From Acidobacteriota bacterium (GTDB taxonomy: Bacteria > Acidobacteriota > Vicinamibacteria > Vicinamibacterales > UBA823): a stretch of 64,000 bases of DNA. The position numbers and the translations under genes were made by a program. The notes beneath the pieces are model-generated. The model saw only the letters and a program-made list of their open reading frames with translations. It had not been told where the DNA came from and did no database searches. The DNA lies in contig PCAK01000004.1 of NCBI GenBank assembly GCA_002730525.1, positions 5,362 to 69,361 on the forward strand. Direction: 5' to 3'. Shown here piece by piece: positions 8,449 to 19,061 of the stretch (position 1 is its first letter; each line of letters starts with the position of its first letter).

Positions 8449-10554
8449 ATGCGCACTGGAACTCTGGGGTCCTTCCTGGCCCTGCTGACGCTCTTGGCCG
8501 CCGGGCCCGCGGCTGCACAGGACGGACGCCGGCCGATGACGGTGGACGACGCCATGGACATGGTGCAGATCTCCGATCCGCTCATGTCGCCGGATGGCAG
8601 CTGGGTGATCTACTCGAGACGCACGCTGAACTGGGATGAGAACGAGTACGAGACCGAGTACTGGCGCGCGCCCGCCGACGGCGGTGAGGCGTTCCGGTTT
8701 ATCGGCGAGGAGGGTGGCAGCCAGTTCCAGTTCTCACCCGACGGGGCATTCCTGACGTTCCGGCGGGCTGTGGGCGGCGATGCCGGAAACGGGGACGGCG
8801 ACAGCGGCCGGCAGCAGCAGATCTTCCTGATGCGCACCGCCGGCGGCGAAGCGTTGCAGCTGACGGAGCATGCGACCAGCATCGCCCGCTATCGCTGGGC
8901 GCACGACAGTTCGGCGATCTTCTTCCAGGCGACCGACGAGAAGTCGGAGGAGGTCGAGAAGGAGGAGAAGAAGGGCGCCGACGCCATCTTCGTCGACGAG
9001 GGCCCCAACGGGCAGACGGCGAGCAACTGGAGCAACCTCTGGGTGTTCGACATCGCGTCGAAGGAGAAGCGCCAGATCACCGACGCGGAGGTCATCATCG
9101 GCAGCTGGGACATCTCTCCCGACGGTCAGCGCCTCGCGCTCACCGCGCGCTCCCAGAATCGGCGGAACGACGCCTATCTGTACGAGATCCATCTGGCCGA
9201 CGTCGAGACGGGCGAACTCACCCAGCTCACGACGAACCGCGCGCCCGAGAGCGGGGTCTCCTGGACGCCCGACGGCTCGGGCATCCTGTACACGGCGGCC
9301 GACGATCGACGGTGGATGAATCGGAACACCAAGCTCTGGCTGCTCGACCCGACGCTCGAGGAGCATCGGTTCCTCTCCAGCGCGTTCGAGGGAACGCCCA
9401 GGAACCCGGTCTGGAGCCCCGACGCGAAGACGATCTATTTCAGCGGGCAGCAGGCGACGAACACGAACCTCTTCGCGATCGACGTCGACTCCGGAAACGT
9501 GCGGCAGCTGACCGAGGTGAAGGGGACGCTCGTGGCGCCGTCATTCTCGGCCGACCGATCCACCTACGTCTACTCACTGACCGACTATCGCACGCCGTCG
9601 GATCTCTGGGTCGGTCGGCTGGATGGCTCGGAGCCGGTGCGCCTGACCGACGCGAACCCGCAGGTCAAGGAGTGGCAGCTCGCCGAGATGCGCGTCATCG
9701 ACTGGAAGAGCCGGGATGACTTCACCATCGAAGGGCTGTTCCACCTGCCGCCCGGCTACGCGGAGGGCGAGCGTGTGCCGCTGGTCCTGAACATCCATGG
9801 CGGGCCGGCCGGGTCGTTCTCCAACCGCTGGCGCCCGAGTTACCACATCTACGCCGGCCTCGGCTACGCCTCGCTCTCGCCCAACGTGCGCGGCAGCAGC
9901 GGATACACCGACCACCTGCGCGAGGGCAACACCGTCGCCGAGGGTGACGGCATCGGCTTCGGCGACTACTGGGATCTGATGACCGGTGTCGATCGGCTCA
10001 TCGAGGACGGTGTCGTCGATCCGGACCGGATGGCCGTGAAGGGGTGGAGCTACGGCGGCATCCTCGGGGGCTGGACGATCACGCAGACCAACCGGTTCAA
10101 GGCGGCGTCGATAGGGGCCGGCGTCTACGACTGGACATCCGAGTACGGGCCCGGCTTCAACAACGACGTCAGGCTCTGGCATATCGGCGGCACGCCGTGG
10201 GAGAACCCGGAGGAGTGGCGCAACCAGAGCGCGCTCACCCACGCCGCGAACATTACGACGGCCACACTGCTCATCCACGGTATCAACGACACGACCGACA
10301 CCGAGCAACAGAGCATGATGTTCTTCACGGCGATCAAGGACATCGGCAAGGCGCCGGTCCGCTACATCAGGTTCGCCCGCGAACCGCACGGCTTCCGCGA
10401 GCCGCGACATCAGCGCACGCGCGACGTCGAGGAGTTCCGCTGGATGCAGCAGCACGTCCTGGGCGAGGAGTGGACGCCGTGGGAGCGCCCCGTCGAGGAC
10501 AGCGACGAGGAAGAAAACGACAAGACGAACGAGACAACCAGCGATGGTTCGTAA
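8449..10554 (+). CDS. S9-family serine peptidase (beta-propeller plus prolyl-oligopeptidase/acylaminoacyl-peptidase catalytic domain)
   Basis: ORF 8359..10554. ATG 8449 preferred (SD ggagggg, signal peptide LALLTLLAAGPAAAQ). Repeated SPDG/TPDG propeller blades. Catalytic GWSYGG, then late HGINDT and EPHGF. Confidence 0.85.
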   Translation: MRTGTLGSFLALLTLLAAGPAAAQDGRRPMTVDDAMDMVQISDPLMSPDGSWVIYSRRTLNWDENEYETEYWRAPADGGEAFRFIGEEGGSQFQFSPDGAFLTFRRAVGGDAGNGDGDSGRQQQIFLMRTAGGEALQLTEHATSIARYRWAHDSSAIFFQATDEKSEEVEKEEKKGADAIFVDEGPNGQTASNWSNLWVFDIASKEKRQITDAEVIIGSWDISPDGQRLALTARSQNRRNDAYLYEIHLADVETGELTQLTTNRAPESGVSWTPDGSGILYTAADDRRWMNRNTKLWLLDPTLEEHRFLSSAFEGTPRNPVWSPDAKTIYFSGQQATNTNLFAIDVDSGNVRQLTEVKGTLVAPSFSADRSTYVYSLTDYRTPSDLWVGRLDGSEPVRLTDANPQVKEWQLAEMRVIDWKSRDDFTIEGLFHLPPGYAEGERVPLVLNIHGGPAGSFSNRWRPSYHIYAGLGYASLSPNVRGSSGYTDHLREGNTVAEGDGIGFGDYWDLMTGVDRLIEDGVVDPDRMAVKGWSYGGILGGWTITQTNRFKAASIGAGVYDWTSEYGPGFNNDVRLWHIGGTPWENPEEWRNQSALTHAANITTATLLIHGINDTTDTEQQSMMFFTAIKDIGKAPVRYIRFAREPHGFREPRHQRTRDVEEFRWMQQHVLGEEWTPWERPVEDSDEEENDKTNETTSDGS

Positions 10555-10574
10555 CCCACGCTGGGCTTAGCCCC

Positions 10575-10871
10575 TCACTCGACGCTTGCAGCCACCAACG
10601 TGAGGTCATCCTCGTAGCCGCCTGAGGCCGGGTGACGACTACTCCAATCGCTCAGGGGTTCCAGCAGGGCGGCGTTGAGGCGCTCGGCCGAGAGTTCGTG
10701 ACGCTCGGCGAGGAACGCTCGTAGTCGCTCGGGGTCGAAGAACACACCTTCACGATTGGTCGCCTCGAGGATGCCGTCGGTGTACATGACGATCCGGTCG
10801 CCCGAGCCCACCTTCATCGCGATGCACTTCGAGCCCGTCCGGGCCTTCTCCGGACGGGCTTCACTCTTGTA
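10575..10871 (-). pseudogene. 3' remnant of a PP2C/SpoIIE-type serine phosphatase gene
   Basis: Only the C-terminal ~80-98 codons exist: ...GDRIVMYTDGILEATNREGVFFDPERLRAFL...GGYEDDLTLVAASVE, the last metal-binding and terminal motifs of SpoIIE/PP2C domains. An in-frame stop sits at 10872-10874. The upstream two-thirds of the domain is missing. Confidence 0.55.
10833..10870 (+). terminator. Intrinsic-terminator-like hairpin
   Basis: gcccgtccgg (10833-10842) and ccggacgggc (10850-10859) form a perfect 10-bp GC stem with a 7-nt loop, followed by ttcactcttgt. It sits at the 5' break of the phosphatase remnant. The nearest plus-strand gene ends at 10554. Confidence 0.4.
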
Positions 10872-10988
10872 CTACCGACGTCTGAACTCGCTCTCGGACA
10901 CTTGGCCTCTTTTTCCCCTCCGGCCGGACGTTCTGAACGACAATCGGCGTCGAGCTGCAACGCGTCCACCCGCGTTGCGTAGTACCTG

Positions 10989-11753
10989 ATGCCGACGCAG
11001 AGCGACGACGACACGGGTGCGGGCCAGCGGCAGTTCGCCACCACACACTGGAGCGTGGTGCTCGCCGCGGGCGGCGATCGCTCGGCGCAGGCCGACCGCG
11101 CGCTGGCCGAACTGTGCGCCGACTACTGGTATCCGCTCTACGTCTTCGTGCGTCGTCGCGGGCACGACGCCGACGCTGCCCGCGATCTGACCCAGGCCTT
11201 TTTCGCCAAGCTGCTCGAGAAGAACGATCTGAAAGCGGCCGACCCGGCGCGCGGGCGGTTTCGTAGCTTCCTGCTGACGTCGATGAAGAACTTTCTGGCC
11301 AGCGAGTGGCGCCGCCAGGCGGCCGTGAAGCGGGGTGGCGACGTGGAGCTGGTTTCGATCGACTACCGAGACGCGGAAGATCGCTACCGGATCGAGCCGG
11401 CGGACACGCTCACGCCAGAGGCGATCTACGAGCGGCGCTGGGCCCTCGGCCTGCTCGCCCGCGCCGTCGACGACCTGCGAACGCAGTACGACGCACGCGA
11501 CCGAGCCGAGTTGTTCGACGCGCTGAAGGGCTATCTCGGCTACGACCCGGGAGGCGTGCCGTACGGCGAGCTGTCCCAGCGGCTCGATCAGAGCGAAGCC
11601 GCCTTGCGCACGGCGCTTTCACGGCTGCGGGCACGCTGGCGCGCTCGGCTACGCGAGATCGTCGCGGAGACGGTGCAGGAGGGACGGATGATCGACGATG
11701 AGCTGAACGACCTGATCACGGCCCTCACGCCGCCGGCCGGCCCGAGCCTGTAA
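10989..11753 (+). CDS. ECF-type RNA polymerase sigma factor (kinase-linked, ECF43-like)
   Basis: N-terminal FATTHWSVVLAAGG motif, region 2 (YWYPLYVFVRRRG...DLTQAFFAKLLE) and region 4 (LRTALSRLRARWRARLRE). The next gene downstream is a Ser/Thr kinase. Confidence 0.8.
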   Translation: MPTQSDDDTGAGQRQFATTHWSVVLAAGGDRSAQADRALAELCADYWYPLYVFVRRRGHDADAARDLTQAFFAKLLEKNDLKAADPARGRFRSFLLTSMKNFLASEWRRQAAVKRGGDVELVSIDYRDAEDRYRIEPADTLTPEAIYERRWALGLLARAVDDLRTQYDARDRAELFDALKGYLGYDPGGVPYGELSQRLDQSEAALRTALSRLRARWRARLREIVAETVQEGRMIDDELNDLITALTPPAGPSL

Positions 11754-11808
11754 CAGTGCTGGCCCCGCTGCGTAGAACAGGGTGAAGGGTATAAAGAGAG
11801 GACCCACG

Positions 11809-13296
<1,488 letters not shown>

Positions 13297-13509
13297 TCCG
13301 AGCGGAGCCTGGCTCGAGGACGGTTCGATCGTCTTTGGTGTGATCGGCCTGGCTGGGTTCAGGCTCTTGCGCGTGATGGCGTCTGGGGGCGAGCCATCAC
13401 CGGTCATCCCGGCGACGGAGAACGGAGAAGAGATCGCCCACAGAGACGCGGCCGCGATTCCAGGCGGAAGAGGGTTTGTCTCGATCGGCCAGACCGAGGT
13501 TCCTCCTCA

Positions 13510-14670
13510 GTGTTCCTGCATCCTCCGGGTGGGGGTGAGCCCGTTCTTCTCATCACCGGGCGCCTCGCGCGGGTATCGCCTTCGGGCCATCTCGTCTTCG
13601 AGCAGGATGGGACGCTCTGGGCGGTCGCGCTGGACGTCGATCGGGCACCGGTGGTCGGTGAATCGGTGGCGCTCGCGAACCTTGCTGGCGCGGTCCCCTT
13701 TCTCTCACCGATGTTCGACCTGTCGGTGAATGGGTCGCTCGTGTACGTTACGGGCGGATCTGGGGAATGGCCCAACCGCTCGCTCTACTGGGTCGCCCGG
13801 GATGGTCAGGAGGAACGGCTCGACATCGAGCCGCGCCCGTACTGGTTCCTTCGCGCGTCTCCAGACGGCGAACAAATCGGCTTTCACATCATGGATCCGG
13901 AGAACATGGACGCTCATATTCATGACCTCCGATCGGGTGCGACCTCTAGGCTCACGTTCGATCCCGCGGTCGACGGCTATCCGGTCTGGTCTCCCAACGG
14001 CGAGCGAATCGTCTTCTGGTCAAGTCGCGAGACCGGCACGGGCAACCTGTTCGTTCGAGCCACCGACGGCACCGGAGACGTGGAGCGGCTGACCGAGACC
14101 ATCAGGCGCTCCGCGCCCTATTCCTGGACGCGCGACGGTCTCATCGTCTTCACCGAGGAGAGTTCGGAGACGAGTTCCGACATCTGGAAGCTGTCGATCG
14201 ATGGGGATCGGACACCAGAGCTCGTCCTTCAGGAACCCTACGCGGAAACTCGACCCGCCGTCTCTCCGAATGGACGCTGGATCGCCTACCAGTCGAACGA
14301 ATCGGGCCAATGGCAGATCTGGGTCCGTCCGTTTCCGGACGTGGAGGACGGACGCTGGTCGGTTGGGGCCGGCATGTCGCCTCAATGGTCGCCCGACAGC
14401 CGGGAACTCTACTTTCGTGGCGACGGTGCGATGATGGCGGTGCGGATCGACGCCGCCGACGGGTTCTCGGCCGGCCCGGCCGTGCGTCTGTTCGACGCCC
14501 CATATGTGCTCGCGACCAGCGATGTCGCGCCCCTGCAGGCCGAGTACGCGGTGGCTCCTGACGGTCGATTCCTGATGATGAAGGACGTCTCGCCGAGCGA
14601 GAACGCCGCCGAGGTGATCGTCGTCCGTAACTGGGTAGAAGAGTTGAAGGCGCGCGTTCCGGCTCCGTAG
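13510..14670 (+). CDS. TolB-like (WD40-like) beta-propeller domain protein; appears to be the 3' part of a truncated, frameshifted kinase-TolB gene
   Basis: Repeated WSPNG/SPDG/SPNGRWIAYQS blades and the characteristic ending EVIVVRNWVEELKARVP. Homologous sequence continues upstream in another frame (13292-13500: DPSGAWLEDGSIVFG...ASGGEPSPV...EIAHRDAAAIPGGRGFV). Confidence 0.65.
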   Translation: MFLHPPGGGEPVLLITGRLARVSPSGHLVFEQDGTLWAVALDVDRAPVVGESVALANLAGAVPFLSPMFDLSVNGSLVYVTGGSGEWPNRSLYWVARDGQEERLDIEPRPYWFLRASPDGEQIGFHIMDPENMDAHIHDLRSGATSRLTFDPAVDGYPVWSPNGERIVFWSSRETGTGNLFVRATDGTGDVERLTETIRRSAPYSWTRDGLIVFTEESSETSSDIWKLSIDGDRTPELVLQEPYAETRPAVSPNGRWIAYQSNESGQWQIWVRPFPDVEDGRWSVGAGMSPQWSPDSRELYFRGDGAMMAVRIDAADGFSAGPAVRLFDAPYVLATSDVAPLQAEYAVAPDGRFLMMKDVSPSENAAEVIVVRNWVEELKARVPAP

Positions 14671-14693
14671 GACGGTTCCGAATGCGTGATACC

Positions 14694-15734
14694 TCAGGGG
14701 ATGATGCCCTGGGTCGTCAGGACGACCCGGTAGAGGCTAGTGCGCGCCGTGATGTAGAGCGTCGAGCCATCGTCGCCCCACGCGACGTTCGCCGGTACCT
14801 CCGGAGGCTGAATCGTTCCCAGGTGCGTCCCGGCCGGATCGAAGATCCAGACGCCGCCCGGGCCGGTCGTGAAGACGTTGCCCGCTCGATCGACCTTGAG
14901 GCCGTCGGGGTTGCCGGGCGCCGGGTCGCCGGTGACGTCGAAGAAGACCCGCCCGTCATCGAGCGTGCCGTCCTCCAGCACGCCGTAGGCGATCCACAAC
15001 CTCCGCTCGGCGTCGGAGTTGGCGACGTAGAGTGTCGTCTCGCTAGGTGAGAAGGCGAGCCCGTTCGGGCGGGTCTGCTTCCGGTTCAGCAGCTCCACTT
15101 CGCCGTTCGGTCCGAGCCGGTAGATGCCGCTGAAGTCGAGTTCCTTGGCCGGGTCATCGTCGCCGCCCGGCAGCCCGTAGGGCGGGTCGGTGAAGTAGAG
15201 CCAGCCGTTCGAGTGGTAGGCGCCGTCGTTGGGGCTGTTGAACCGTTGCCCCGCGTGGCGGTCGGCGAGGACGGTCCGGGTGCCGTCGGCTTCGAGCCGG
15301 CTGACGTGCCGGTTGCCGTGCTCCATCAGGACGAGTCGCCCCTCGGCGTCGACGGTCAGGCCGTTCGATCCAACCGAGTCGCCCTCCCCGTCGAAGACCG
15401 GACGGAGGAACTCGGTCAGCTCGCCGCCGGCGGTCCACTTGTAGATGGCGTTGGCCGGAATGTCGCTGAAGAGGAGGTAGCCGCCGTCCCGGCGGACCCA
15501 GACCGGCCCCTCGGTGAAGGCGAGGCCGTCGGCTATCTTCTCGATGCGCGCCGTCGGGGACACGATCGCGTCGAGCGCGCGGTGAAGTCTCAGAATCGAA
15601 CCGGCATCGTCGTCTACCATCGTGGTCGTCTCGGCGGCGGGATCGGCGGACTCCGGCTCGGCGCCGCAGCCGCCGGCGCACGCGGCCACGACCAGGAGCA
15701 GGGTGGCGGCAGGCCACTTGGTCATCATCGCCAT
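14694..15734 (-). CDS. SMP-30/gluconolactonase/LRE-family lipoprotein
   Basis: ORF 14694..15968. Start moved to MAMMTKWPAATLLLVVAACAGGCG (lipobox). Six-bladed propeller motifs FTEGPVW, NGLTVDAEGRL, FNSPNDGAY, PNGLAFSPSE, PDGLKVD, ANVAWG. Confidence 0.8.
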   Translation of the reverse strand: MAMMTKWPAATLLLVVAACAGGCGAEPESADPAAETTTMVDDDAGSILRLHRALDAIVSPTARIEKIADGLAFTEGPVWVRRDGGYLLFSDIPANAIYKWTAGGELTEFLRPVFDGEGDSVGSNGLTVDAEGRLVLMEHGNRHVSRLEADGTRTVLADRHAGQRFNSPNDGAYHSNGWLYFTDPPYGLPGGDDDPAKELDFSGIYRLGPNGEVELLNRKQTRPNGLAFSPSETTLYVANSDAERRLWIAYGVLEDGTLDDGRVFFDVTGDPAPGNPDGLKVDRAGNVFTTGPGGVWIFDPAGTHLGTIQPPEVPANVAWGDDGSTLYITARTSLYRVVLTTQGIIP

Positions 15735-15759
15735 CGTATGCCAACATCGGCCTACATCA

Positions 15760-17574
15760 ATGATGCGTCTCAGACGATCGCGGATGTGTGCGGGCTTGAG
15801 CGCGCTGGCCGTCCTGGCCTGGTGGCCGGTCTCGGCGGGCGGTGCGTCTGCACCCGTCAGTCCCGGAACCGTCGACCAGACACCGCAGGGCAGTGCGCGA
15901 CCGCGCGTGACCGTCGAGACGACCGACGGCCGCCAGCTCTCCGGCCGTCGCCTCAACGGGAGTACCACCGAATTGCAGCTGCTCGTGGACGGTGGCGGTG
16001 CGGATGATGCTCCGACGATCCGCCTCTTGCGCGCCGCCGGCGAACGCTACCGCGTCGTGATCTCCGATACCGACTGGCCGACCTACAACGGCGATGTTCG
16101 CGGCAACCGGTTCAGCAACCTCGATCAGATCGACCCGTCGTCGGTGTCACGGCTCACGCCGAGCTGGGTCTTTCCCGTGGCCGGAGGACGGCGGCTCCAG
16201 GTGACGCCGGTCGTCGTCGACGGCGTCATGTACGTCACCGACGCCAACGAGGCGTACGCCCTCGATGCCGGGAGCGGGCGCGAACTCTGGAGCTACCGCC
16301 GCCCGCGGACGGAGGGGCTGGTGGGCGACGCCTCCGTCGGGATCAACCGCGGAGTCGCCGTCGCGGGTCGGCGACTATTCATGATCACCGACCACGCGCA
16401 TCTGATCGCCCTCGACCGCTTCACCGGCACGCTGCTCTGGGAAACCGAGATGGCCGACTGGCAGCAGAACTACGGCGCCACCTCGGCGCCGCTCGTCGTC
16501 GGCGACCTAGTCGTGTCGGGCACCTCGGGCGGCGACGAAGGGGTTCGCGGCTTTCTCGCCGCCTTCGATCTCGCCGATGGCCGCGAGGTCTGGCGCTTCT
16601 GGACGGTGCCGGCGCGAGGCGAGCCGGGCTCCGAGACCTGGAGCGGCTCGGCGATCGACCACCCGTGCGCCGCCACCTGGCTCACCGGCACGTACGACCC
16701 GGACCTCGATCTCCTGTACTGGCCGACCGGCAACCCATGCCCCGACTACGACGGCGCTGAGCGGCAGGGCGACAACCTGTACTCCGATTCGGTCCTGGCG
16801 CTGGAACGATCGACCGGGGAGTTGCGCTGGCACTACCAGTACACGCCGCACGACCTCTGGGACTGGGATGCCCAGCAGCCGCCGGTCCTCGTCGATCGCG
16901 AGTGGAAAGGGGCGCCGAGGCGGTTGTTGCTGCACGCGAACCGGAACGGCTTCTTCTACGTCCTCGACCGGACCGACGGTGAGCTGCTGCTCGCCGAGCC
17001 GTTCGTGGAGAAGCTGACCTGGGCCAGCGGGATCGGCGCTGATGGTCGGCCGGTGCTGAACCCGGATCAGACGCCGTCGGCCGAGGGGACGACGGTCTGC
17101 CCCGCAGTGCAGGGCGCGACCAACTGGTTCTCGACGTCGTTTCATCCCGAGACCGGGCTCTACTACGTGCAGACCCTCGAGCACTGCAACGTCTTCACCC
17201 GGACACCCGAGGAGTGGGAGGCCGGCCGTTCGTACTACGGGGGCTCGACACGAAGCGTGCGCGACGAGCCGCCGCAGAAGATTCTTCGCGCCATCGACAT
17301 CGCAACCGGGGAGATCGCCTGGGCACTGCCGCAGGTCGGTCCGGCGAATTCCTGGGGCGGCACGCTGGCGACGGCCGGCGGCCTCGTCTTCTTCGGTGAG
17401 GATTCGGGTGCGTTCGCGACGGTCGATGCCGCGACGGGTGAGCCGCTCTGGAGCTTTCCGACCAACGCCGTCTGGAAGGCGTCGCCGATGACCTACATGT
17501 TCGACGGGCGGCAGCATGTCGCCGTTGCCGCCGGGCCGAATATTCTCTCGTTCGCGCTGGGTTCCGAGCCGTAG
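15760..17574 (+). CDS. PQQ-dependent dehydrogenase (alcohol/aldose quinoprotein family), secreted
   Basis: ORF 15622..17574. ATG 15760 preferred (signal peptide). DWPTYNGDVRGNRFSNLDQI, GDNLYSDSVLALERSTGELRWHYQYTPHDLWDWD, CPAVQGATNW, and the late GGTLATAGGLVFFG...ATGEPLW. No CxxCH heme motif. Confidence 0.8.
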   Translation: MMRLRRSRMCAGLSALAVLAWWPVSAGGASAPVSPGTVDQTPQGSARPRVTVETTDGRQLSGRRLNGSTTELQLLVDGGGADDAPTIRLLRAAGERYRVVISDTDWPTYNGDVRGNRFSNLDQIDPSSVSRLTPSWVFPVAGGRRLQVTPVVVDGVMYVTDANEAYALDAGSGRELWSYRRPRTEGLVGDASVGINRGVAVAGRRLFMITDHAHLIALDRFTGTLLWETEMADWQQNYGATSAPLVVGDLVVSGTSGGDEGVRGFLAAFDLADGREVWRFWTVPARGEPGSETWSGSAIDHPCAATWLTGTYDPDLDLLYWPTGNPCPDYDGAERQGDNLYSDSVLALERSTGELRWHYQYTPHDLWDWDAQQPPVLVDREWKGAPRRLLLHANRNGFFYVLDRTDGELLLAEPFVEKLTWASGIGADGRPVLNPDQTPSAEGTTVCPAVQGATNWFSTSFHPETGLYYVQTLEHCNVFTRTPEEWEAGRSYYGGSTRSVRDEPPQKILRAIDIATGEIAWALPQVGPANSWGGTLATAGGLVFFGEDSGAFATVDAATGEPLWSFPTNAVWKASPMTYMFDGRQHVAVAAGPNILSFALGSEP

Positions 17575-17638
17575 GGTCGATCGTCGCCGGAAGGGCGCGG
17601 TCTGTGCGTGTCTGAACCGGTGAACCCGCGACCCAAGG

Positions 17639-19039
17639 CTATGGCCGCACGGCTTCCGGCGTGAGCGACGTCAGGCTGGCGATCTCCACGGGCTGCCCGC
17701 CGCGTGCGCTCTGTCGCGCCGCGACACCTATCAACACCGCCATGGCGCCGTCCCGGAAGCCCGCGGCCTGCTGCAGCGGATCGGGCGCGTCGGGTGTGCG
17801 GAACAGCCGGTCGTGCAGCCGGATGTCGCCGCCGCCGTGGCCGCCGTCACCGTGTTCGATCCGGACGATCTCGGTCTGTCCGAAGTTGTCGGTCAGCCGG
17901 ATCTCGTCCGCTGGCGCTTCCTCCCACGGCTGCCGTTCCTTGATCCAGGCTTCGAGCCGCCCCTCCGTGCCGTTGAACGCGATCCGGTAGCCCTCGTAGG
18001 GCGAATAGGTCGTGCACGAGTAGCTCACCTGCACGCCGTTGGCGTAGCGGATCTGCGCGCCCATCTTGTCGAAGATGTCGATTGCCTCGTCCCAGACGCA
18101 GCCGTCGCGAATGTAGCCGTCGTGCTGCTCGTTGTCGACGTACAGCCGGGTGAGCGTCTCGTTCGCGGTGATGTCCCAGTAGTGCTCGCAGCCATCCTGA
18201 TGCGGGCAGCCGCGGCACTGCGTGTGACGGAAGTCGTTGTTCGATCCGTAGTACTCCAGCGCGCCGTTGGCGTAGACCTGCGCCGGGTCGGAATCGAGCC
18301 ACCAGTTGAGCAGGTCGAAGTGATGGCAGGCCTTGTGGACGAACAGCGTCCCCGAGAACCGTTCCTTGCCGTGCCATCGGCGGAAGTAGTCGGCACCGTG
18401 GTAGACGTCGAGATACCAGTGGAAATCGACCGATGTCACGCGGCCGATTCGACCATCCATCAACAGCTGCTTCATCCGCGCGCGATGCGGTGCGTAGCGG
18501 TAGTTGTGCGTGACGACGATGTCGCGGCCGGTCCGCTGCTGCGCGTCGAGGATCGCCTGGCACTTCACCTCGTCGGTCGTGAGCGGCTTCTCGGTGATGA
18601 CGTCGCAGCCGGCCTCCATCGCCGCGACGATGAACTGGTCGTGCGTCGCGTCGACCGTCGTCACGATGACGGTCTCGGGCCGGGCCTCGACCAGCATCCG
18701 GTCGAAGTCGGTGAACGTCGGACAGTCGACGCCGATGTGCCCTTTCGCGAATGCGAGGCGGCCCGGATTGATGTCGCAGAGGCCGACGTACTCCACGGCG
18801 TCGGCGGAGCCGGCCATGACCTCACGGCCCCACATGCTGATGCCGCGGATGCCGGTGCCGACCAGCGCAATCCGCTTCCGTGGGCCCTGAGCTTGCGGCG
18901 GCGGTGGCACGCGTTCGCTGGCGGACGACACGACGGGCGCGGCCAGGAGCGATCCGGTGACGACACCGCCGGTCGTCCGGATGAACTGCCGTCGTGAGAG
19001 CTCGTGCGGGTCATCGGTCCTGGGTATGTCCTTGGCCAT
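17639..19039 (-). CDS. Tat-exported Gfo/Idh/MocA-family NAD(P)-dependent oxidoreductase (possibly GH109-like)
   Basis: ORF 17639..19096. ATG 19039 preferred (SD ggaagga). Twin-arginine signal SRRQFIRTTGGVVTGSLLAAP. Rossmann IALVGTGIRG and the EKP motif (VITEKPL). Confidence 0.8.
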   Translation of the reverse strand: MAKDIPRTDDPHELSRRQFIRTTGGVVTGSLLAAPVVSSASERVPPPPQAQGPRKRIALVGTGIRGISMWGREVMAGSADAVEYVGLCDINPGRLAFAKGHIGVDCPTFTDFDRMLVEARPETVIVTTVDATHDQFIVAAMEAGCDVITEKPLTTDEVKCQAILDAQQRTGRDIVVTHNYRYAPHRARMKQLLMDGRIGRVTSVDFHWYLDVYHGADYFRRWHGKERFSGTLFVHKACHHFDLLNWWLDSDPAQVYANGALEYYGSNNDFRHTQCRGCPHQDGCEHYWDITANETLTRLYVDNEQHDGYIRDGCVWDEAIDIFDKMGAQIRYANGVQVSYSCTTYSPYEGYRIAFNGTEGRLEAWIKERQPWEEAPADEIRLTDNFGQTEIVRIEHGDGGHGGGDIRLHDRLFRTPDAPDPLQQAAGFRDGAMAVLIGVAARQSARGGQPVEIASLTSLTPEAVRP

Positions 19040-19061
19040 GTCGGGTTCCTTCCGCCGGGGT

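Noticed and set aside
10921-10988. An ECF-type autoregulatory promoter (TGAAC ... CGTC) upstream of the sigma factor.
   Set aside because: A TGAAC is present near 10934, but the only CGTC lies 9 nt downstream rather than the 16-17 nt expected. I cannot support a call from sequence alone.
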